From Fimicolochytrium jonesii (Eukaryota), in assembly GCF_025526975.1 (NCBI RefSeq), contig NW_026515678.1, forward strand, positions 744,001 to 801,127: DNA of 57,127 bases. Direction: 5' to 3'. Below the pieces are notes generated by a model. That model saw only the letters and a list, made by a program, of their open reading frames with translations, had not been told where the DNA came from and did not search any database. Shown in pieces: positions 1-11,400 of this stretch (the first letter of the stretch is position 1; every line of letters begins with the position of its first letter). Made by a program: the position numbers and the translations under genes.

Positions 1-1137
1 TGGTCTACGTTGCAGTAACGACTTGCTAAACTTTGACAAGAAGAAGAAGGCGACCAGGAAATGTATGCACACGGCTGACCCGGTTAGCAGTGCCAACTCG
101 TCGCCGGTATCCTGGGAGAAGCCATAGGAAGTGAATGCAACGGTTAATTCATCACCCATTCGCAAGGGGCTTTCATGAATGCCAAGTGCGGCAAAGTGCG
201 GCCTGACTTACCTCCAGAAACCCCAGGACTGGCATCATCTGCATCAAGAGAGCGGTCGTATCGAGGACGACCAATGCAGTTACAATCACTATCAGCTCGC
301 GACCCAGTGCGTGGACATTCACCGGTTCTTGCAGCTCTTTGCTTTGGCCCGTCATTGCAGAGGTGGCGGACGCTGTTATCGAATCTCCGTGCTTGCTGAG
401 TACGGGCTGATCGCTTGCCGTTGACCATTGAGGGAGATCGCGGTGAATCTGGCGGAAGGTATGCACCATGATTATGGTGAGGGACGCATCCACGACGATG
501 ATGGCAAGCCAATGTATATACTGCATTTAACGAAAGGGGACGGAAGTGAAGGATGTCGTTAAAAGCCCCGCCCTCAAAGGAATGCGTCCCAAAGCTTAAA
601 GATATCAAGACGTACCAAAAAGCTGCCGAACGCCCATCTTAGTGTCGGATGGTCGACCATGTACGGGACCCACAACAAGAAATGGCCCGTGTAACCCAGC
701 ACTGAGATGCACATGGCCCAGATGCGCAATCCCGGGACAATCTTGGTGGACCATCCCAGCACGGGAATAAACATGTCGAAGCGCTCCACCAACGTCAAAA
801 AGTAGAGTCCGCCTCCAAAGTCCGACCCGAAATTGGACGCCGCCGTCGTCCACCAGTAAGCGCTCCACACGCTGTCGAACGTCCACTGCTGACAGCGGAG
901 GTCACGCACGCAGACGACACCGATCGCGGAGGCTACGACATTGAGGATTTGCCCTGTTATCGCGAAAACGACCGTCAGGAGTGACAGATAGCGAAAGGGA
1001 TGTCGAAGCCCTCCCCCGCTGGCGCCGCCCCACGCTTTGAGAGCCCAGACGAATCCGCCAACGCATAATATGATCGATATAACCGCCACGATGACGACAC
1101 ATATGAAGAAAGGGGACTTCCATGATGTCCCATCCAT
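1..1137 (-). CDS. Multi-pass membrane protein of unknown function (spliced, runs off the left window edge)
   Basis: ORF 574..1185 from ATG 1137 (MDGTSWKSPFFICVVIVAVISIILCVGG...) and ORF 173..526 carry several hydrophobic helices. GT donors (GTACG near 614, GTAAGT near 211) plausibly link the exons. Confidence 0.5.
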
Positions 1138-2008
1138 ATTCGTGCCTCCAAACGATTGCGGTAAGATGAAATGTCTGCAGGCCAAACGCGGTCAAAAGAG
1201 GGGGATGCAAAAATGTAAGGGCAGGTGCAAAAAACTTCGGGGAATAAGGAAAAGGGACAGCAGGGATGCCGTGGCGTGTGTTCTTAAAGGACAGGATCAA
1301 CCCATTTTCGTCAGATGCAGACTTGAACCGCGGGCGCACCGCCGGCGCACGTATCCCAGGAATGACAATGCCTGGTCACCAGGAATAGGCCTGCCGAAGA
1401 ATGGGCCTCCGGTTAAGGTTCAGTTCCGCGACGAAGATTAAGGTTATTGGGCACGCGTTCACGGCGCCTTGACCAGAGAGGTATAAAAGAAACCTTGAAT
1501 ACTCCGGAAGACTTCAAAGATGGTGTGTACGGCCGGAAAAAGACCTTAAGCGTAGACTCTCGAATCAGAGCTTCAGATGGAAACGACGATCCTGTACCTG
1601 TAATGCTTTGCTCGCAAACGCCGGTCACAGGACAGATAGGGGCCGGGAAAACGCGATAACTCTTGAATAACATGCCGTTTCTATCTATAGCACCCGTCAT
1701 CGGGGCTCCAATATGGTAACCGGGAGGCCCCAAGCTATAGTAGAGTTCACGCCGTAACCAAATCCTTTATTCTCGGGCAGCGTGATGAGACCTACCTGTG
1801 GTCCTGTATAACATTGACACCCGATGCTGTCGCACCTGCGTAATAGCCGCAATTAAGCGGAGTACCGGTAGGGGAATGCTCTTCTTAAAGGGCCTACTCA
1901 TAGCGACATTTATGCAAACTTGGCGTTCGGCCGCCGGCGAATCGAATCTTCCTTAAGTGGTTGGCGTCCAAAGGCGGAACTTGAATGGAACCCTGGTTCT
2001 TTCCGGCG

Positions 2009-2161
2009 GAGTTGCAACCAGCCGTAAGTTTTGTTTGAAGGATCAAGAAAGCAAGCCGGACGCCCGCTCGGTTTCCCGACCGACGAGCGGTGAGCAAAAT
2101 GTCGAGAGCACGGGAGGATGGTGTTCCACGCCAGCGCACGGCAAGTGTTGACATACTTCAG
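2009..2161. repeat. Inverted repeat, left arm (pairs with 4654-4836)
   Basis: The reverse complement (ctgaagtatgtcaacacttgccgtgcgctggcgtggaacaccatcctccc...tggttgcaactc) aligns to 4654-4836 with scattered mismatches and a ~30-bp indel. Confidence 0.85.
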
Positions 2162-2748
2162 CGATGTCGCGAAGCAGGAACCATCCACCAGCCCGGGCCC
2201 TGAAGCAGAGGAGAATATGGAGGGCTGGGGCAACTGGCGGACGAGAATGGCCCGGCGATGCGAACTGATGTTGTGACATAGCAACGAGATCGGTATCCCT
2301 CGGGAGAACCGATGCGGACTTGACCTCAATTGGTACGTATGAGGAGGCAGTCGACGGCATGCATGATTCGATAGGTTGCCCGATGACAGGTTTCCGGCTG
2401 TCTCGGGAGCTTCCAACACCCACCCCCCAGGATCTCGGTAAGCCGCGGAGGAAATTCTCACTTGGGAGGAGGCAGGATAAACTATTCGATAAGCCAAACG
2501 GAAGGTCTCGGCAACCTCTCAATCAGCTCTCGACCCCAACTCAATCTACTAATTAATTGGGAGGTTGAATACCATAAGCGAGTCTTAGATTAGCACTGCG
2601 AAATTCACGCGAGTGCCCGAGGACAAACGGGGCGCACAGCGAACTGGATATTTCAAGTCCGTCATCATCCCAACTCCGGTTCAAACGTCTGCCGCTCTGC
2701 ACGGCAGCCCTCCCTCCTCAATCCTCAACTGCTTGTGCGAACGTCAGC

Positions 2749-4100
2749 ATGCCACCAACACAAACTACTGCGACGCCTCCCGAGAAGAGTGGCAGTGGTT
2801 CGCAAAACGCCGCTCATACCAATAGCCGGTTATGTTCTCTCAGCCCTGAAATTCAGGAACAGATCTTGACCTGGCTGTCATCAACAGACGACTGGTGGGC
2901 CGTAACAGGCAGCTGCCCTAGTCTAGAAGGGCTCCGTACTGCCCGAACTTTCATGCAGGTGCTTCGGAACCAATAGAAAACCATTGGCAACATTGCTGAC
3001 TGGGTGAAAGGAAACCGACAACACACTGGGTCGTCGACACCCTTTTACCAAGTCTATTCATCGACGATATTCACGCCTCGGCAAACCCGCCTATTCTGTC
3101 CCTGAGCACTTTCCTCTTCCGCGGCGAAGGTTGTAAGAGTATTCTCGAATGCGCACTGAAAAAGGTGGTCACATGGCCACCCCGCGACAGAGACAACGAA
3201 TCGCAGCGTTGCGTATCCACCGTCATTTGGCTGGATCTTCAGAACGATGTCATAGATTTTTTAATCAGCAGAGGCGTTTTCGAAGCGAGGAATCTTTACT
3301 CTGCGGCGTTTTCTCAAGCACACTTGAGGATCCTCGAAAAAGGCTTAGCGGACGGAGTAGCACCCGGCTACAGTCATATGAAGGGGGACACTTACTACAG
3401 CAAGGCCATTGACCTAGTCATCGCTTACGGACTGCCGCCAGACGGGAACACATTATTACGCGCTTGGCGCAATCCTGAGGCGATAAAGTACATTTTCGGG
3501 TGTATTACAACGGCAGGAAGGCGCTTGAATGCGGCAGACATGGCTGCAGCGTTCACTTCCGCTTGTGAAGGCTCCGATGTCGGCCTTGTGGAGTTTTACA
3601 TAGAGCAGGGGGCTGATGTGAATCTGGCTTCCCACGAGCCTCCGTCGGTCCCGCTTGTGGCAGCTCTGAAATCTGCTTACAAGGGTTGGGACATTGTGGA
3701 GATCCTCATCGATCATGGGGCGAAATTTGACGATCCTGATATCTTGTTGTGGGCTATCTTCAGAGGAAACGAAGAATGGATTCGTCGCTTTATCGATTTT
3801 GGTGCACCTCTTTCAAGGCGGGCCTGCGAAGCGACCATGGCAGAGCCACTCGACCCGGAGATATTTCGCCTGTTATATTCGACTCCCGACGGAGCCAAGA
3901 ATCTCGCAGACCCTAACATGCAGCACCTCATGATGTGGCAGGCAACCAAAAGAGGTCGTCTCAACTTCCTCAAGATGTTCCGGGAAGAGTTTGGCTGGGA
4001 CTATTCGTCACCGGAAAACTATCAAATGCTGGTCAACTATGCGAAGGCCAAACCTGATGTGTTGGCGTATCTGGAACAAGATCGACCTGTGGCCGTATAG
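2749..4100 (+). CDS. Ankyrin-repeat protein, possibly with an F-box-like N-terminus; 5' structure uncertain or disrupted
   Basis: ORF 3165..4100 has ankyrin-like repeats (ACEGSDVGLVEFYIEQGADVN; PLVAALKS...WDIVEILIDHGA). Upstream ORF 2749..2976 has an F-box-like LCSLSPEIQEQILTWL but ends at TAG 2974 in another frame. Confidence 0.55.
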
Positions 4101-4653
4101 TGTAATAACGATGTACATAGTAGGTACATACATGCTGAGCGGAATGCTCGGAATATCGCCGCCCCAGAAATCGTGAGTAACAAGCCAGCTGTACGGGATA
4201 GTCCCGTTCGAGGAATTCCTTCCAAACCATTGGACTACCAGCCAAAGATACCAGGCCTCGGGCAGAAGTACATAGATCCAGCCATGTGCGCACTGTGAGG
4301 AAGAAAGCGAGACGTTCAACTGTCGTCACCAACAGCAGCAGCGTGGTCCTCGGAGACTTCGTTGGCACCGCCGCAGCAGACGTTGGGGGGTCAGTGACGG
4401 TAGTAGTGGTTGGCATTTGGGGGTAGGACGAGCTACAGAACTTGCTGTATGTGCGGCGTCAGGCTACAGAACTTGCAAGCGTGGTTAAGATCGACAAAAG
4501 CGAAAACGGAGGTATGCCATTGGCCGAACCTGCTGCGAATTTCAAGTTTGGAGAGGCCAGCACCAGCGCCCACCTGCTGTACATGCACTGTCACAGTTAG
4601 CTTATCCTAGTAAGACGAAGGTTACAGCGGGAGACCACGGATGTGCCGAAACC

Positions 4654-4836
4654 CTGAAGTAATGTCAATACTTGCCGTACGCTGGCGTAGAACACCATCC
4701 TCCCTTGCTCTCGACACTTTGCTCACCGCTCGTCGGTCGGGAAACCGGGCGGGCGTCCGGTGCAGTGACACCTCCTTCGGGTTGGCGTGGCTTGCTTTCT
4801 TGATCCTCCAAACAAACCCACTTCTGGTTGCAACTC
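4654..4836. repeat. Inverted repeat, right arm (pairs with 2009-2161)
   Basis: Direct sequence comparison. The ORF track also shows near-identical spurious peptides (LAVRWR.TPSS.ALD.LLTARRSGNRAGVR) on opposite strands at the two arms. Confidence 0.85.
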
Positions 4837-5438
4837 GTGACGGATTAGTTGGGATCAGCAGTGCGAACCAAGCCACGCCGAGTAGGAAAAGATACGATTT
4901 TAGATTGAATCAGGCAGGGTAAGCTAAGAGATTGGAGCCAAAGCCTTTCGACTCTCGGCGTATACCTGCAAGTAGTTGCACAAAATTCCGAATTCGAAGT
5001 CTTGTCAAACATAATCAGCGGCATACAATACTTTTTTCAATCTCGAATATAGGGCGCATGGTGGCTGGAGGTTATACATACGGGATCTCGGAGAGGCTTT
5101 CACGGAGTGGGGGTTTTGACTCTCAGGATAGAATTCGAGCGCCCCTCCCATGGGGAAGGGCAGTCTCCAATCACCACTTAGCTCGGCATCGGCAAGAGCC
5201 ACCCCGGAAAGACCAGAATTTCAGTCTGACACTTTCTCAACACCGAGATACTACGAAAAGATATTATCGATTAAAGTATAAATTACTATGAGGCTCTCTG
5301 TTCTACGTCTACGTAGCGCATTGTAATCATGAGGAGTGGCTTGTCTATCAAGAAGTAATAACAAACTAGAGTATTGGTGAATGCATTCGCATTGATGCTC
5401 TTGCGCCATTTCTTCGACATTCAGCTACATATAGTTAC

Positions 5439-8400
5439 TCAACCATTGTGCTTGCCGAACAACTTGAAGAAACCTCGCTTGGCCTTGTAGGTCGTCCTGA
5501 TGGATTCAAGGGCATCATCTACCTTCAGAAGAGGGGAGGCATTCGATGCTTCGGCCCCCATCCTTGCAGCCTCGATAATACGCCCGGCTAACTTGTTGGT
5601 GAACCCAGGAGTGTGCGGGATTTGGTGTCCGATGTCATGGGTGACGACCTGACGCAACTCCGGCTGGTACCCACGTTCAACGTCTACGCTGCGCCGGAAC
5701 AGATAGTCCTCGGAACTGACGACATGTACGGAAGGGACTTGAAGATATTTGCCGTCCGCGGCACTGCCCGAGTCACGGAGCCAGGAAGGCACAGCGGGCC
5801 CTCGAGCCTTGACGTGGCAAGCACTGATGAGGACACTGAACTTCCATTTCCGGGGAATGCGTCCGAACGTGACAAGGCGGTCGGCTAATTCGACGATGCT
5901 GGCGCCTTCCGAGAAACCGAGAATGCCGTCAAAGTCGCCTCCGATTTCGTACATCTTCTTCAAGATGTGGTTGACAGCGTTCAACGCTGTCTTCTCTCCT
6001 ACATCGTAAGCTGACGATGGCAACCAGCGGTAGTAAGGACCTTTGAAATATTGAGAGACATCTGTTGAAAAAGAGCGCGGGTCAGAAGGGATTCTGCTCG
6101 GAAATAATCAAACGTCAAGGCTTACATGAATGGGTTTGCTTCCGCGGTCCATCGATGAAGTAGAATTCGACTTCATCCCATAGCTTCTCGCGAAGCGGTG
6201 CCAACTGGTCAGAAAGGATCTTTCCGCTCGTTTCTGACCCATGCAGGCACATGATTCGCAGCTTGCTTTTCGGCGAATTCTCCTTCGTGGACAATTCTGT
6301 TGCACTCCTGTTGGTGATGTGCTGGTCATCATCGGTAAGCATTGTCACATCGGCCGCGGCCAGATCGAAAACAACAGACTTGGGTCGATTAGGAATGATG
6401 GGACTTCTGGACCTTCGATTGACAGGTCCTTGAGACTTCGAACGGGTTCTGGATGACTCGACCAACAAAGCGCCAATGGTGGGGCTCTCGTAGAGAGCAG
6501 GAATCGTGAGCTTGATTCCATTTTGGGCGGCAGCTTGAATCATGCGAGCGGCAGACATCGAGTTTCCGCCTAGCTCGAAGAATGAGGTGTCCAGTTGCAC
6601 ACGTTCGATGTCACATTTTAGGACGGCCGCCCAAATTTGAGCCAGGCACTCCTGTTTTGAGCTGACGACACTTCGCCCCCGATCGCGACCGGTATCTTTT
6701 CGAGGCCGCTCCTCCCGGAGGTTTGTCGACAATTTTTTCTGCCTCTGTAGCTCATCCCGTAGTCGCCGCACGTCGGCTTTCCCGTTGAAGGTTTGTGGGA
6801 ACTCGTCAATGGCAAAGATTTTGCCAGGAATTGCATAGTGTGGTAGGAACCCTATCAAAGTCTTCTTGATGGCTGCCAAGTCGACGTTAGAAGGGCTCAC
6901 ACATCCAATCAGAACATTTTCGTGGACGAATGCTGCAGCTAGCTCGACGCCGGCCCCCCGAAGAAGCGAGGTAGTGATTTCGTTGAGCCCGACTCGGTAT
7001 CCATTGATCTTCACTTGCTCGTCAGTTCTGCCCGCAAATTCGAAATCGTTATTGTCGAGACGTCGGACAAAATCACCGGTGGCGTACATCCTGGCCCCGG
7101 CTTCATTGCTGAATGGATCTGGCAAGAACTTCTTGGCCGTCAGGCCGGCGTTTCCGATGTATCCAAGCGAGACACCAATGCCGCCAACGTAGAGCTGACC
7201 AGTTCCACCAACCGGAACATGCTGAAGATGTTCGTCCAGCAGGTAGTAGGAATTGTTGGCAAAAGGCTTTCCAATTGTGATGGGCATGCCAGGCTTTAAC
7301 GGCTCCGTACACGATGTCGTCACAGAAGTCTCCGTCTGTCAAATACGTAACTTTTAGCAAACCCGGCACATCGATATAAACCGTCGAGACAACAACTAAC
7401 CGCTCCATAGTCAACGTAAAAGTCAACATGATCACCCCACTTCTTGACAACTGAGTCCGGACACGCCTCCCCAATTGCCAACACCGCCTTGAGGTTGGGG
7501 AACTCCTGCGGCTCCATTTGAGCGAGTCCGGTGGGGGTGAAGTTAATGCAGTCAACCTTGCGGAGTGTCTTGAAGATGTCATCTTCTCGAAGGACGAGCG
7601 TGGCACCCGTGAACCAGGTACCCCAAATCTCCTGAAGTGCTCCGTCAAAGGCTATGCCTAGCATTTGACCGACGCGGACATTCGGCTTGCCATACTTCGT
7701 GAACGGATGTTGCAAGATATTGTTGACAACGCCTCGATGCATCACCATCGCTCCTTTTGGAGTTCCCGTTGTGCCCGACCTAAGTATGGAAGAGCAATCA
7801 GTCTCGTATGCCCTCGACATTCTCTCTGATTCAAGCCACGTACGTAAAAATGCAATAAGCGGTGGTCTTTCCTGTGCTCGTATCAACCAATTCCATGTTG
7901 CCTGGATGCTTGAGAAGTAAGTCTTCGACCAACAGGCAGCAGATGGACTCCTGGAGGGGTGGGAGAGCGTCGATGGCCCCAGCCGTAGTCAAAGTGACTT
8001 TGGGAGATGTAGTTTCCAAGATGTACTTAATGCGATCCTTGGGATACTCGGCGCTGACAGGTGTGCAAATACCGCCGGCCTTCAGAGTAGCTAGAAGGGC
8101 GATACCCATCTCGATGGATCTGTTCACAACTATGGCGACATATACGCCATTTTGTACACCGTGGGCACGGAGATGTCGAGCAACCGCCGTGGCTTGCATG
8201 TCAAGGTCCCGGTAGGTGATCCGACGTTGCCCAAACTCGATGGCGATGTTGTCGGGATGAGTAGTGGCACTTTGTTCAAATCCCTGATGGATGCAGTCGA
8301 AGGGCACAGGTGCCGCGGGGCCTCGAACAATCATCTGGTCGTCCTTGCGGTATTCGAGTGTTGTGACTAGTTGATCCGGAGAATCGGTCACAGCTTGAAG

Positions 8401-11400
8401 CAACATGGCGAATTCTTGCAAAAACTCTTCCACGAACTTGGATTCAAACAATTGAGAGTCATATTGTATGGAAACAAAAGTGGCCCCTGATGTACCACCG
8501 CGGGCATCGACGTTCAGGGTGAAAGGAAAGTGAGCAGTTGACGGAACCTCGTACTCCACTGAATTTTTGCACGAGAAGAGATTGTCCGTAGCCTCGAGCC
8601 CGGTCGTAGTGTTGTAGTCGAACATGAGCTGCAAGTCGGACGTTGTGATGCCGTTGGCGGTCATGACGGTCTCAAACGGAACGTCAATGTTACGCAAAAC
8701 CCCAGTGACGTTGGCCTTTGTGGTACGCAGATTGTCCATGAAGGCGTTCGTCGCGTGGAGCTGTGCACGGAGCATGACGGTGTTGATGAAACAGCCGACT
8801 GCACTGAAGCCATCGGGTATGGCGTTTCGCAGGCTGACAGGTGTAACGATACCGAAGTCATTCCATCCAGTACGTCTGACCACAGAATGCAATGTCAACG
8901 ACACTTCCAATCCCTGAGCATTTTCACAAGAAATCACGACATACCTGGCAATGAGGGACTCGAAAAGTGTCAAGTACGCTGCGAAAGGGGATGCCGACGC
9001 CTTCGCACACATCTTCAGGAAGCTTTTCACCGTCGATTGTTTTAAGGTGATTGGCTTTGTCCAGACAGCGATTCCTCTGGTACCGCTGGTAACGGCAAGG
9101 GTATCATGAAGCGGCACGGCAGAGAAGTTTTTCAAGTACGTTTCCCAGAAAGTTGATTGACTGGTCCAAAGCTGGCGAGAGTTGGCTTCGAGTCGTTCCC
9201 TTTGTTTTTCCATGATTGAGATAAATTGCGGTGCCGGCTCCAGCGTTAGAGATTTTCCGGCGACCAGACCCTCGTAAACTTTGGTAACCTCGTCGAGGAA
9301 CAGATTGAGTCCCCATTCATCAACAGCGATGTGATGGCAATTGAGGTAGAGTCCAGTGCCGTTTGCTAGTCGGAATACGCGGAACCTGATAGGGAGCTCT
9401 TCAGCCAAGTCGTAGATGACCATATTGTTTTGATAGCAATATGTCTTTATTTTCGACACCGCATCAGAGCTCTTCGACAAGTCGATGATCTCAAAGTCGT
9501 AAGCCAAGTCGTCCCGCACAAACTGAACTAGCTCCGTGTAACTGGCATTCAGTCGATATGTGGTCCGCATAATGCTGTGGCGATTGCATGCGATTTCCAT
9601 GGCTTGCAGCAAGTATTCACAGTTCAAATGTGCATCTGTTACCCAGAGATTGTCCAAATGATAAGCGTTGTCGCCGTGAGCAACTTGACCGGCCCACATG
9701 CGCTCTTGTGTGTACGAGGCCGGATACTCAGCTCCCGCCACGATTGTGAATTCTCCTTTCGGAACCGGCGGTTTTGTCCTTGCATCGTAGGGAGCAACGC
9801 TACCAAAATCAGGCTGACACTCAGATCCGCCGTGTAACATTCTTTGCTTGATCATGGCAGTAAGAGATTTGATTGACGTCTTCTCGGAGATGTCGGCGAC
9901 CACCAACTCAATAGCGAAGGCCTTTCGGACCCTCACGATGAGCCGCATGACCGCGTATGATTCGAGTCCATGTGACGACAAATCGTCTTGGGGATCAATG
10001 TCGTCCGTTTTGAGCAGCTCCGTGAGAATCTTGAACACCTCCCTCTCAAGATGGCGTTGTGTTTCCGTTAGTGCGATGACCGAGGAGGGGTGCTGTTCCG
10101 CGACAGGCTGCCGCTGATCCTGGCGTAGCTTTTGGTCGATGAGCGCCGTCAGGGACCGGACAGAAGGATTCTCTGTGATCTCTGTGCCCATCAGATCGAC
10201 CTGGAAAGTCTTTCTGATTCTGTGAATAAGCCGCATAACTGCATACGATTCCAATCCGTGGGCTGTCAAATCATCATCTGCAGAGATATCGTCGGCCTTC
10301 AGAAGCTCTGAAATCAAATTGGCAACTTCAGATCCAAGGTCGCGCTTCTCTTCCTTTCGAGCGACGACTGCACCCATTTGCTCGGTGAGCAACATATCGC
10401 AGAGAGACTGCACCGTGCGACAAGACTGCAGATGCTTGACGGTGGTGTCGAGTCCATGTATTTTGCGCGCACCGAGCACGAGGCGCATCATTCCATAAGA
10501 ATCGAAGCCAAGACGGGCCAAGTCGTCTGACATACGGATGTCTTCAAGGTTCAGGATCTGGCATAGAGTTTGCCTTATCCATTGACTCAGATTTATGCCA
10601 TTGGTATTGGCGTCAGCTTTTGTCGATTGCGGGGTGCCTGTTTGAGGAAGGTTCATCGCAAGAACTCTTTTGCGGTCGATCTTTCCAGATAAGCTCAATG
10701 GGAAGTCCTTCATGGCAATCAGCTTCCGAGGAACCATGTACGTCGGCAAGTTCTTCTTCACGTAGGCGTGGATCGATGCCAGCTGCTGGTCCTTGGATCC
10801 ATCCGTGATGGGTCCAACAGACCCTGTGACGTCGTGGAATGTGACATAGCCGATCAAACTTGGCTTATGAGTGCTGTGTAGTAGAACACATGCGTTTCGA
10901 GTCTCGTTTGATGCCTTTGCAAGCACATGCTCGATTTCACCGAGCTCCATGCGGCGACCGTTCAACTTTATTTGGTTGTCCAATCGCCCAAAGCACTCAA
11001 AGCGCCCGTCGGGAAGCTTGCGCACTAGGTCACCTAATCAGCGTGGAGAAACGAGAGCAAGGGTTATTTTGAGATTGAGATAAATATTTCATCAACGGAG
11101 TCTTACCAGTGAGGTACAGACGCTGGTTCAAGGGAGCCGGACCGTCGATAAATTTTTCCTTTGTGAGATCCTCTCTGTTAAGGTATCCCCTGGCGACATG
11201 ACCTCCAGCGACAGCTAGTTGACCTTTGATACCGATGGGCACGACATTCATGCGCTCGTCCACGACAACGCAGATGCACGAGCCCACCGCTCTTCCAATG
11301 ACGGTTGGGCTGGTGGATGGGCCGGTCCGATCTACGGTTGTAACAGCAGTCTCCGTGGGACCTGGAAGGGTGACGGTTCAGCGTCACCTTCTTTCATATG

